Shown: positions 1 through 11,127 of the stretch, piece by piece
Position numbering within the stretch: the stretch's first letter is position 1
Layout of the letters: the number at the start of each line of letters is the position of its first letter
Origin: Chromera velia
Taxonomy: Eukaryota
Direction of reading: 5' to 3'
DNA: 52,575 nt
NCBI GenBank assembly: GCA_018398765.1
Contig: JAHBMJ010000253.1
Span: forward strand, 1 to 52,575
Translations under genes and position numbers: made by a program
The notes under the pieces: generated by a model
Seen by the model: the letters and a program-made list of their open reading frames with translations, nothing else
Database searches by the model: none
What the model was told of the DNA's origin: nothing

Positions 1-2250
1 GACCCTCTCTCTGTACATCTTTCTTCTTTACAGACAGAGAAGGGCAGGACCCTCTCTCTGTACATCTTTCTTCTTTGCAGACAGAGAAGGGCAGAGACCC
101 CTCTCTTTGTGCAGCTTCATTCTTTGCAGACAGAGAAGGCAGGACCCCTCTCTCGGTACATCTTTCTGCTTTGTAGACAGAGAAGGGCAGGACCCATCTC
201 TCTGTACATCTTCTTCTTTGCAGACAGAGAAGGGCAGAGACCCCTCTCTCTGTACATCTTTATTCTTTGCAGTCAGAGAAGGGCAGGACCCTCTCTCTGT
301 ACATCTTTCTTCTTTGCAGACAGAGAAGGGCAGGACCCTCTCTCTGTACATCTTTCGTCTGTGCAGACAGAGAAGGGCAGAGACCCCTCTCTCTGTACAT
401 CCTTCTTCTTTGTAGACAGAGAAGGGCAGAGACCCCTCTCTTTGTGCAACTTCATTCTTTGCAGACAGAGAAGGGCAGAGATCCCTCTCTCTGTACATCT
501 TTATTCTTTGCAGACAAACAAGGGCAGGACCCCTCTCTCTGTACATCTCTCTTCTTTGCAGACAGAGAAAGGCAGAGACCTCTCTCTCACTAAATCCTTC
601 TTCTGTGCAGACAGAGAAGGGCAGAGACCCCTCTCTCTGTGCATCCTCAGTCTTTGCAGACAAAGGGGCAGAGACCCCTCTTTCTCTGCATCTTCTTATT
701 CTTCGTAGACAGAGAAGGGTAGAAATCCCTCTTTCTGTGTATCTTTTCATTCTTTGTACAGACAGAGAAGGACGAAGACGCCTCTCTCTGTGCATCCTCA
801 TTCTTTGCAGACAGAGAAGGGCAGAGAACCCTCTTTCCGTGCATCTTTTCATTCTTTACAGACAGAGATCGAAGGCCAAAGATCCCTCTCTCTGCTCACC
901 TTTATTTTTTGCAGCCAGACAAAAGCAGAGATCCCGCTCTCTGCGCATCTTTTCATTCTTTGCAGACAAAGAAGGGTGAACACCCCTCTCTCTGTGCATC
1001 CTCAGTCTTTGTAGACAAAGGGGCAGAGACCCTTCTTTCTCTGCATCTTCTTATTCTTCGTAGACAGAGAAAGGCAGAGACCCCTCTCTCTGTGCATCCT
1101 CAGTCTTTGCAGACAACCCCTCTTTCTCTGTATCTTCTTATTCTTCGTAGACAGAGAAGGGCAGAAATCCTTCTTTCTGTGTATCTTTTCATTCTTTGCG
1201 CAGACAGAGAAGGATGAAGACGCCTCTCTCTGTACATCTTCTTCTTTGCAGACAGAGACGGGCAGAGACCCCTCTCTCTGTACATCTTTCTTCTTTGTAG
1301 ACGGAAAAGGGCAGGACCCTCTCTCTGTACATCCTTTTTCTTTGCAGACAGAGAAGCGCAGGACCCATCCCTCTGTACATCTTCATTCTTTGCAGACAGA
1401 GAAGGGCAGGACCCCTCTCTCTGTACATCTTCCTTCTTTGCAGACAGGGAAGGGCAGGACCCCACTCTCTGTACATCTTTCTTCTTTGCAGACAAAGAAG
1501 GGCAGAGACCCCTCTCTCTGTGCATTTTTCTTCTTTGCAGACAGAGAAGGGCAGGACCCCTCTCTCTGTGCATCTTTCTTCTTTGTAGACAGAGAAGGGC
1601 AGAACACCTCTCTCTGTACATCTTTCTTCTTTACAGACAGAGAAGGGCAGGACCCTTCTCTCTGTACATCACATCCTTCTTCTTTGCAGACAGAGAAGGG
1701 CAGAGACACCTCTCTCTGTCCATGCTTCTTCTTTATAGACAGAGAAGGGCAGAGACACCTCTCTCTGTACATCTTCCTTCTTTGCAGACAGAGAAGGCCA
1801 AAGATCTCTCTCTCTATACATCTTTCTTCTTTGGAGATAGAGAAGGGCAGAGACCCCTCTCTCTATACATTTTTTTTCCTTGCAGACAGAGAAGAGCAGG
1901 ACCATCTCTCTATACATCTTTCTTCTTTGCAGACAGAGAAGGGCAGGGACCCCTCTCTCTGTACATCTTTCTTCTTTGCAGACAGAGAAGGGCAGGACCC
2001 TCTCTCTGTACATCTTTATTCTTTGCAGACAGAGAAGGGCAGGACTCCTCTCTCTGTACATCTTTCTTCTTTGCAGACAGAGAAGGGCAGGACCCTCTCT
2101 CTGTACATCTTCATTTGCAGACAGAGAAGGGCAGGACCTCTCTCTCTGTACATCTTTCTTCTTTGCAGACAGAGAAGGGCACAGATTGCTGTCTCTCTCT
2201 GTACATCTCTCCATTCTGGCAGACAGAGAAGGGCGAGACCCCTGTCTCTG
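1..2250. repeat. Minisatellite tandem array, ~44-46 bp unit, roughly 50 copies; truncated at window start
   Basis: Consensus GACCC(C)TCTCTCTGTACATCTTTCTTCTTTGCAGACAGAGAAGGGCAG(A) repeated head-to-tail. The many overlapping ORFs in all frames are just translations of the repeat. Confidence 0.97.
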
Positions 2251-2720
2251 GGCCGTCGCATCGTTTGCGGAGTTAAAAGGCAGCTGCTGCTGTGTCCAGG
2301 CATCCTTTGCAGATAGAGAAAGGCAACGTCTCATAGCGTATGCTCTTTCGATGCATCTTTAAAAGGCAGAGGGGATGTTATGGCTCTCCCTGTACCAATT
2401 GATCCGTTGCAGACCTGATGGCAGACACGGATCCGGCATGTTCTTCTGTATAGTCAGTAGATCACCATTGAAATAGGACCTCAAAGTTGATCAAAGAGGC
2501 AGTGTCCAAAGCAAAAAAAGATGACATAAATTTATTGGCAGCAATAAATTGTTGCATCTTTAAGCACATGCAGTTGCTGTATTATAGAATGTTTCAGCTC
2601 TATCTGATCTGTTCTAAGACATGAACCAGTAATGGCAAATCATAAACATAAATGTTTATTGATTAACCAAACTACGTATTACTGTTTCTTGTCTTTTCAG
2701 ACTGGGGACCCGTCTCAGAC

Positions 2721-3593
2721 TGGGGGCTGCTAGATGCCTCGGGCGCGCGCCTAATGTTGCGTAAGCAAGCGAAACAGCTATACGGCATTAGGCGAAATGC
2801 GCCCCTTTGATACGGCTTAACGGAGTTACCCTTCGTTAAGACGTAAATCTAGTCGTGTCTACGGGTCCCACAGTCTAAACTAGGAGCGATCGGCATTTTC
2901 GCGAAGAAGTTTGAATGGAAGGCAAAGCCTAGCTTGCGGGGTGAAGCCGGGCGTTCAAACGACAGAAATTATGATCCGACGGGAAATATAGTTCTGGCCC
3001 CGGCGTGGCCTTTACGGCACTAACGTGCCGAGCCGGGAACGTTAAATCCATCCCGCGCGGGTGAGAAAAAATAGTGGTCGCGGTTTTATCCGCCACACGC
3101 TCAGAAACGCTCAAAAAAATGCATGAGTCAGAAAAGATATGTTGAGTAGTTGAAGAGGAATCAAACGAAGGAGAAAAGACGATAGTCCGTTCTGACAGTT
3201 CCGTCGAACAAACCGGAACCCACCCTCCCACCGCTTTAGACAGTGCTTCTCCAATCCGTCGCCTTAGCTGTAAAGCCGATCGACTACTCGGGTAGTGAAC
3301 TCAGTTTACTGGGGAAAGACTATTTTGTACTGGTTTTTCGGGGTGAACGGGGGGGGAAGATTGTCGATGAGGGATCTAATCATATGCGGAATAGTGGGGG
3401 ACCGCTAGATCCCTTGGGCGCGCGCCTAATGTTGCGTAAGCAAGCGAAACAGCTATACGGCATTAGGCGAAATGCGCCCCTTTGATACGGCTTAACGGAG
3501 TTACCCTTCATTAAGACGTAAATCTAGTCGTGTCTACGGGTTCCACAGTCTAAACTAGGAGCGATCGGCATTTTCGCGAAGAAGTTTGAATGG
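2721..3593. mobile_element. Small element with ~190-bp direct terminal repeats (LTR/TRIM-like) around a ~480-bp non-coding interior
   Basis: About 2721-2918 and 3395-3593 are near-identical, with only 2 substitutions seen in the core GGGCGCGCGCCTAATG...GTTTGAATGG. A G-rich purine tract lies at ~3346-3360. No TG..CA ends, primer-binding site or TSD were identified. Confidence 0.55.
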
Positions 3594-3983
3594 CACCGCC
3601 GCACAAAAGGGGCGGCGCGCCCGAGGAGACGGCCCTTAATTGACGTCACAAATCGCGCCGCCCGTTTCGGCGCATGAAACGAATTGAAACGACAATCGAC
3701 CAGCAGACTGGCAGCAGTGACAGTTCGGCGTTGCTCTTGTCTAGTCCGACCAAACGCTTTCTGCTCGCTGTTTGTTTGTACTCTGACTCCTTGTGTGAGC
3801 TTTTCGGTGAAACTGATCCAACTGTCGTCTGGGTGCCTGACTTTCTTTCCCTTGTTGAAGGAGACTGCGGAGACGGCAGAGTTGTCTGGTTTGCGTTAGT
3901 TATCTTTCGGCAGGGTTTGTGCACCTTCGTTCCGTACAGTTGAAGGGCGGTTCAAGTTCAGAGACTGTGAGTGAATAGAGAAG

Positions 3984-4763
3984 ATGCAGAGCTGCAAGAA
4001 GATTGTTGGCCTTGTCAGTGGGGGGGCTTCGGGTCTTGGGGCGGCGAGTGTGCGCCGTCTCGTGGAGAACGGGGCCCGGTGTGTGATAGCGGACCTGCCC
4101 TCTAGCCCTGGGAAGGCCTTGGCAAAGGAGCTGAACGCGTCTGCAGGAAGAGAGGCTGTGCGCTTTTGTCCGACAGATGTGACAAAGGAGGAGGAGGTGA
4201 AAGGCGCAATTGGGCACGCGGATGAGTGGGGAGGGGTGAACTTGGCTCTGTCTTGTGCCGGGATTGCGCTTGCCATCAAGACCTTGGGGAAGAAGGGAGT
4301 GCATCCTTTGGACAAATTCGAAAAGACAATTGATGTGAATCTGATTGGAACTTTTAACGTCGCCAGACTGTCAGCAGAGAGAATGAGCCAGAATGAGGCA
4401 GACGAAGAGGGACAGAGAGGGGTGATTGTGAACACAGCGAGTGTTGCAGCCTTTGAGGGGCAGATAGGCCAGGCCGCCTACTCAGCCTCTAAGGGGGGTG
4501 TTGTGGGAATGACGCTTCCCATGGCAAGAGACCTGGCACCTCTCGGCATTCGTGTGTGCTCGATTGCCCCTGGGCTCTTTCTGACCCCCCTGTTGATTGC
4601 ACTCCCCGAGAAGGTCAGGGAGGACCTCGGAAGAACTGTGCCGAACCCCGCGAGACTAGGGAGGCCCGAGGAGTTTGCGTCTCTGGTTGAGACCATCGCA
4701 CTCAATCCATACCTGAACGGGGAGACGATTCGGCTCGATGCGGCCCTCAGAATGCAGCCGTGA
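3984..4763 (+). CDS. HSD17B10: 3-hydroxyacyl-CoA dehydrogenase type-2 / HSD17B10-like short-chain dehydrogenase, intronless, 259 aa
   Basis: [11 protein letters not shown]-binding motif, [32 protein letters not shown] (YxxxK), [10 protein letters not shown] and [12 protein letters not shown] are hallmark motifs of this SDR subfamily. Confidence 0.95.
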   Translation: MQSCKKIVGLVSGGASGLGAASVRRLVENGARCVIADLPSSPGKALAKELNASAGREAVRFCPTDVTKEEEVKGAIGHADEWGGVNLALSCAGIALAIKTLGKKGVHPLDKFEKTIDVNLIGTFNVARLSAERMSQNEADEEGQRGVIVNTASVAAFEGQIGQAAYSASKGGVVGMTLPMARDLAPLGIRVCSIAPGLFLTPLLIALPEKVREDLGRTVPNPARLGRPEEFASLVETIALNPYLNGETIRLDAALRMQP

Positions 4764-5276
4764 CGATCGAGGGAAGACGGGGAAGGAAAACTGAATTCCA
4801 GTGAATAAAGGGGCAAGAGATGGAGCAACAGATGCATGGGGGATATAGAAAGGGGAGAGAAGATGAAAGAGCCCGCCGAGAGGCGCGCACACACAGAGAG
4901 AGAGAGACACGGAGAGCACAAACGCGGCCGCAGAATTCATGCGGGACAGAAGTCACGAGGGTCGGCCGTTCGGTCAGAGAAGCCGGGAGACAGCTTACAA
5001 AACAAAAAAACAATCACACATGCTTTTGCACGTGCAATAATCTCATGCATTCAATATGAGCTGAGATTGAGGTCTATAGTATAAGCTAGAGTATGATCGA
5101 AGTAGGAACTTCTCTTGAACTAGGCTACTAGTAGTAGTAGTAGGCTTCGAAACTTGAAAGCCTCAGTGCATATCAATCCAAACTATACTTTAACTTAAAT
5201 TCTAAGCTAATAAATATGATGTAACATGAATAAAGCTTAAAATTGCTTTAAATTTGTAACTCTGCTGTTATATCAA

Positions 5277-7570
5277 TAGGGCTTGGAAAAGGTGCACCTC
5301 AGAAAAGGTGCAAACCAAATGCACCTGTTTTGTACCAGATGCACCTGATGCACCTGTTTTGCACCTGATTGAATAGAATTGGATCAAAAGTGTCAGCGTC
5401 ATGGCCATGCAACGCGCCGCGGCCCCGCCCCTGTGGCTTCCCGCGGCCCCAAACGCGCGTGTTGCCGGGCCGCGGTATGCGGAACAAATCTAATCAGCCA
5501 ATTTTTGAGAAAAATTTAAAATCAGCTACATGCATACAGAGGTCACTGAAAGTACGTTCGACAACGCATACGCTGCAAGAAATCCTAGATGAAATCAAGT
5601 CCATTGGAGTATGAGTACCTCTTCTCTTTGCAGCATGAGAACTGTTTTATGGGCTGCCTTATATAACAGAAACGACTGCATATACACGTATAGCAACATA
5701 TAGCAACGCGGAGCGGATAAGCGTAAAAAGACCAGAACAACAGGTTTGAGTTAAGAAGCTGAGTAAGCAGACTGAGTCTGTTTGCATAGTAATCGTACAA
5801 TACCAAACAGTTTGCCAGGAGGAAACAGCTTCCTCGACCTTAATTTATTAGCAATCCGAGGATGAATACCAACACAGTGCTGTATGCAGATTCTTTTTCA
5901 TATGATGAAGAGAAGCAGAAATGGCACACACATGGAAACACGCATACGCAAAGGTACGTTAACACTCTCCCTCTCGGTTGTAGATAAAAACTTTTGAAAC
6001 CTGGTGCCAGGTGCTCTTTACGATTGGCGGGCTCGATCTATCTTAGTCAGTAAGAGTGCAATTGGTTTGATCATTCGATTTGTTGCTTTACCTTAGAGAG
6101 TGGAACCATTCATCACTTTCGTCTACTGATGGCTCATCAAGTTTGCATGCTCATACACATACAGATCTGTATTTGCCTTTCTGTCATGCTACGGCTTCTT
6201 GTTGCGTTTGGTACTTCAAGAGGGTTTGAAGTCCATCTGTAGAGGGAATTGCAGCTTTCCTAGGGGCGTTCACCCCTTTGTTCACGAGTCGTCAGTCATA
6301 CCGGTCCTGTATACTGATCACTGCAGTTAATCATTTTTTAATTTTACAAACCGGGGTCCTATCCAAATAGACGGCTTCAAACAAATGCCAGCAAACAAAA
6401 GAGGAGTTGTTGAAGAGTAGGGAGAGCCTTCTTTTAGATCTAAAGACGGAGAAACTACTTGTACTAGCCGCGTAGATCTTTGCAGGTGGCTTAGGAGGAT
6501 ATAAAAAGACAAGCTAGTCTGGATAGACATCATGAATCAAGCCTGGTCAGTCAAAAGAAGAGGGTCTGAGGTTAGGAATCGTACCTGTCCGACTCTGTTC
6601 ATATTTCTCTTATTCTTCAAAGCCAAACCTAGAGCCAACCCCAAATCAAAAGCCAAAGCTAAAACCTCCCCTCCATCCCAACCAGCCTGCATCAAACCAG
6701 AGGAGTTTCTAGGGAAGAAAGATGACATACTGAGGTCGACTTTCAAGTTGGACTTCGAGTGAAACAAAGTCTGCAAGGAGCCTGCTCTCTCCTCTTCTTT
6801 CTCCTCTTTTTCTTTCTCTTTTTCCTCTTTTTTGTCCTCCGTTATCATTTTGTGTGGGGGGGTGAGCTAGGGGGTGAGTGAAGAAGAGTGCTAGGGTATA
6901 TAACGGGGTTGGGCTCTGAGCCTTGAGATCAGGCCCTCACTCATCCTCACTTGCCCTTGCTCAAAGGAAAAATGCAAATAAAAAAAAGCCTTCTTTTATT
7001 TCATTCTTTCTTCTTCTTTTTTTTTCCATGAAAACACACCATTTGTGGTTGCTTTCTTCATGAGTTTGCTCCAAAGGGGCATGCATGCAGTTTGAAGGTT
7101 TTATGGACCGTAGGGACAGAACTGGACTACAGTGCAGCACGCAAATGGCACCAAACATATTCAAACACTATAAGCATGCAAAAAAGGCATTGGAGAGGTG
7201 AAAAACGTTGCTTAAGTTGAGAAAAGAGACCTAGAAAGAGACCGAAGTCATGAGACAGTCAGAGATATAGAGTTTTTAATTATAATATTTTTTATTTTTG
7301 CTTTTTATCGCCTTTTCACTGATATTTCTAGCAACATTTAAACTTGTTTTGCATAGTAAAAACTAGTGTGGCAAATCTATATCATAAAAAGCTTTTAGAC
7401 TTTGAATGAGGTGCTTTTTAGCCGTTAGAAACACTAGAAATTAACCCTAGAAACATAGTTTTCATAGGGTAAACGGTGCACCTTATTTTGCACCTGTTTT
7501 ACACCTGATTCAAGGTGTAAACCTGTTTTTACACCAGTACCAGCACCTTATGCACCTTTTTTCAGCCTTA
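5277..7570. mobile_element. Non-autonomous TIR DNA transposon (hAT-like ends) carrying a decayed gene
   Basis: Left end TAGGGCTTGGAAAAGGTGCA; right end (reverse complement) TAAGGCTGAAAAAAGGTGCA. Clusters of subterminal (T)GCACCTG motifs at 5290-5368 and 7475-7560. No convincing TSD. Confidence 0.7.
5819..6762 (+). pseudogene. Intron-containing passenger gene relic, unknown product
   Basis: The frame GPIQIDGFKQMPANKRGVVEE*GEPSFRSKDGETTCTSRVDLCRWLRRI*KDKLVWIDIMNQAWSVKRRGSE is continuous except for TAG (6418-6420) and TAA (6502-6504). Plausible GT..AG introns flank it. Confidence 0.45.
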
Positions 7571-7730
7571 TATAATATTAATTATATATTGGAGTCTAAC
7601 TAATTCCATTAAACTTAATTAAACTATAACTTCAACTATTATATATAAAAGGATAACAACTAGGACTAGAATTAACATAAAAACTAAAAACTAGCCAAAA
7701 ACCTGCAAAAAAAGAAGTATAACTTGAATT

Positions 7731-9067
7731 ATAGCTAGCCCGTACGCAGATAGTAAGACCGCTTTACCGGACCTAGAGCTTTAAATTCCTGGGTCGCGCA
7801 AGGTATTAATCAGCTCTATCGCATGCAATCCAATCTGTCAATCTCATCTAGTGAATCAGAGTATCAACATGTTCTTCTGTTTATCTTTGTGCTTGCCTCT
7901 AGATCTGATAGTCCTTAGACTCTGAATGATGGCCGAGACCCCGGTGCTCTTCTATATTCTTTTTATGTCTGTTTAGCATCAACAGTACTGGTATACAATA
8001 TGGTACCAGGCCTGGTTGTTCGATCCATTCTTTTTTTTCAAGCAGCCTCACCAGATTCGTTCATGTGAGCCTCTAGGCCATGCCCTTCTGCTCTCCATTT
8101 CTGACAATGCTAGCCACTGCCTCAACGCATATTGGCATCCAAATTACTGGAAAAGATCCATTAGATAAATTGGTAGGCTGCGGCGTCATCCAGACACCTG
8201 AAAAATTGAGAGGAAGAAGTAGATGCCGAACGACATGTAGGGCGTTAATGTTGGATGTTGGAAGGACCAGGTAGCAAAATAATCAAAGAAGGCCCTGGGA
8301 AAGCCGATGAGAGGCCGTTTGTGATCTAGATGGCGGTCGCCGAAGTAGGAGAGGTTGATGGCGTGACGCAAAAAGTCCCTCCCAGAGTGTAAAGAGGAGC
8401 TCCCCACACTGGTTAAATATTTTGAAGTGCAAAAGGAAAGAAAACTGAAGTATAACCAAGAGAGACGGCACGACTGAGAAAAAAGATATACTGTGCGTCT
8501 GTACGTAGTATGTCTGTAGTTTGCAAAAAAATCGCGCCAAGAAGGGAGAAACCATGGAGAGGCTTCTTTTAGGGTAAAAGTAAAGAACAGATTGTTGCGG
8601 GTGAAAAGCTGAAACAGACTCTCATTTAAGTGTATATGTCAAACAGACTGGTGAATAATCTAGTGAATAATACTGTTAATTAAATAAATTGAAGTGGTGT
8701 TTTGAGCGTGAAACTTGAAGTCTAATTAAGCTTAGGTCTAAGCAAGGGTCTAAGCTAAATTTTGAATTAAGTATATCAGTGTGTTGTATACCAGTATTGT
8801 TGATGCTAAACAGATATAAGGAGGGTATAGAGGTGCACCCGGGTTAGAGACTCTCGGCCGTCATTCAGAGTCCAAGGACTGTCAGATCTAGACTCTAGAG
8901 GTAAACACAAAGACAGACAAAAGAATATGTTGATACTCTGATTCACTGGATAAGATTGACAGATTGGATTGTATGCGATAGAGCTGATTAATGCTTTGTG
9001 CAGCCCTGAAAAGCTCTAGGTCCGGCAAAGTGGTCTTGCTATCTGGCAGTGCGTGCAGGCCAGCCAT
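7731..9067. mobile_element. Foldback/MULE-like element with ~270-bp long inverted terminal repeats
   Basis: 7731-8000 aligns with the reverse complement of 8782-9067, with ~34 substitutions and a few short indels by hand alignment. The ~780-bp interior has only ORF fragments. Confidence 0.85.
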
Positions 9068-9334
9068 CGGTGTGATGCTCTAGGTGATGCTAGACGGCGG
9101 CACACGTATACAACACAAATACCTTTTCTCTTTTCTTCTTTTTCCTTGAGTGACTTGTATTTGATTTGCATATGGAAGCAAGAGGGGCAACGTATGTGAT
9201 GGAGATGAATGTGAAAAGGCAGAAAAACACTCACTGACAGGGTGCTAAGCCTTGGAAGAGAAAAAATTAGTGGAAGTTTTTTGAATATATTATCGATCAT
9301 TTCAAACAAATGCGATCTCGAGTCATGCTCTGTC

Positions 9335-9635
9335 CTAGGTGTGATCTGTAAAGTTTAAAAGTGAAATAAAATTTAAAGTCTAGTTTGAGTCTGTAGACTC
9401 TAAAGTATAACTTTTGAAACACACTTTAATTTTTTTTTAACAAACATTAAAAAATGTTTTAAAAGGCTCAACAATCCTAAACAAAAACCTCAATCAACAA
9501 TCTTAAATAGGACATCAATGTGTTCAAGCTTTTTATTCTTAAAGTTTTAAAACCAAAAAAGTTTTAAAGTTTAAAGTCTGTGGTCACACCTTATTATAAA
9601 AATAACTTTAGTAACTTTACAGATCACATCTATAG
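9335..9635. mobile_element. MITE with 8-bp TSD
   Basis: TIRs CTA--GGTGTGATCTGTAAAGTT and (reverse complement) CTATAGATGTGATCTGTAAAGTT. Perfect flanking duplication GCTCTGTC at 9327-9334 and 9636-9643. Confidence 0.88.
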
Positions 9636-9870
9636 GCTCTGTCAGATGTAGTCAGATATGATATTACATTATAAATTTAATGTAATTAAGGTTGAGTTTA
9701 TTGTAAAATATCGTATCACCATATCATATCATATTATCGATTAATTTACACTGTAATACTATTTATCATACATATTGTGCAGCATATACTTTTATGTATT
9801 TAATTTTAAAAATAAAAAAATTAATGCTTATAATAGTTAAAAGTTTTGTCCTATATTTCATAACTTGAAT

Positions 9871-10648
9871 TACACTGCGTTGTTAGGAGTAACCAACTTT
9901 GTTTGGTTACTTAGGCGGCCTAACCATTTTTGTGGTTAGGGTAATTATGTAGAGTCATATTGATTACCATTGTTTTGGTAACCAAAACAGTAGTAATCGT
10001 TCTTTCCAAATAGCCAAACTAATGAGTAAATTTGGTATAAAAACTAGTGCAAAAGATAAATTTAGTGCAAAGTTCTCTTATATCCATAAATATATGTCTA
10101 ATTTAAGTAGATCAATTTAATGGACACTGCATTGGAGAACACCATAAAAAAAGCTTTTAAAAATGAATATATGAAATAAAACGGGCGGTATAAGGCGGTT
10201 AAAGTCATTAAATCATGGTCGCACCGCGGCTTGACGTGTTTGCTAAAGACTTAGAACTAGGCGCCGGTAAGCGCCGGCTAGAGAAAAAAAAAAAAGAAAA
10301 AAAATAAGCGATTTGAGGAGATCTTTTTTTTTTTCTTTTTTTTTTTTTATTATTTTTCAACTCTGAACAACACTTAGCAACAGTTGTGCAACACATAAAT
10401 AACACTTGTACAACACTTGAACAACAGTTGTTTGACTGATATAAAAAAAAAAAAGAAAAAAAGTAAACGGTTTTGAGGGATCATTTTTTTTTTTTTTCTC
10501 TAACCGGCGCCTAGACCTAGAATGGCCAGATTACGATGGTAGCGGTAGTTCCCTCAGACCCTCCCAGTTACCAAATTATGGTACCAATTTGATGGTAATT
10601 AAAGGCTTTCTGAAAAAGGCCGGTAGTTACTCCTAACAGCACAGTATA
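9871..10648. mobile_element. Non-autonomous TIR element (TAYAC...GTAAC family) with 8-bp TSD, hosting a nested MITE
   Basis: TIRs TACACTGCGTTGTTAGGAGTAAC and (reverse complement) TATACTGTGCTGTTAGGAGTAAC. TSD ACTTGAAT (9863-9870) / GCTTGAAT (10649-10656). Internal GTAACC/GGTTAC motifs. Confidence 0.8.
10257..10514. mobile_element. MITE, CTAGGCGCCGG family, copy 1 (nested)
   Basis: TIR CTAGGCGCCGG...CCGGCGCCTAG followed internally by poly-A/poly-T. TSD ACTTAGAA / ACCTAGAA. Homologous in inverted orientation to 15582-15826. Confidence 0.9.
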
Positions 10649-11127
10649 GCTTGAATGATACCTCTAGAAGGCTAAAGTTTCTGTCTTCACGTTGCCGACA
10701 ATTTTTATCTAAATTTGTATCCTAGTTTGTATCATAACGAACTTTATACTAGTACTTAATACAAAATAAATGAAAAGAGATTTAATTTTATATATCATTC
10801 ATACAATTTATATTACAATTTGTAAATTTAAAGCTTTTGAACAATGAATTGTATCGAATATGTATTCAAATTTGTTTGAAATTTAAATTCATATAATCAA
10901 AAGTTTTCAAATTCCTTAATTCACTCACTAGTTTGCTCAACTATCACAGGTTTCTGGGAGAATCTTGAGCACATGACTTTTAAGAGCAGCGCTTGAGCAC
11001 ACAGAACGTTATGCCAGCAAAAAAATTAAAACGCATTTGCATGTGGACGCCTGAGCTTGAAACGACAAATCTGCAAGCACTGTCGTATTTTACAAATCTC
11101 CTTTCGTAGAGACATTCACATTCTCTT

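Noticed and set aside
1..2250. CRISPR-like appearance (palindromic repeats) and long ORFs of up to 356 aa
   Set aside because: There are no unique spacers, since the whole unit repeats, and no cas genes. The context is eukaryotic. ORFs occur in all frames as repeat artefacts.
1..2250. ACAGAGAAG resembling the U6 snRNA ACAGAGA box
   Set aside because: No other U6 sequence (such as the GATTAGCATGG continuation) is present, so this is a chance match.
2721..3593. Hammerhead or HDV ribozyme, or spliceosomal snRNA identity
   Set aside because: No CTGANGA core on either strand, no complete HDV pseudoknot, and no U1/U2/U4/U5/U6 signature could be matched by eye.
3896..4435. Antisense ORFs overlapping the SDR gene (likewise 39168-39920, 42140-42871, 48335-48865)
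   Set aside because: They are shadows of GC-rich real coding sequence on the opposite strand.
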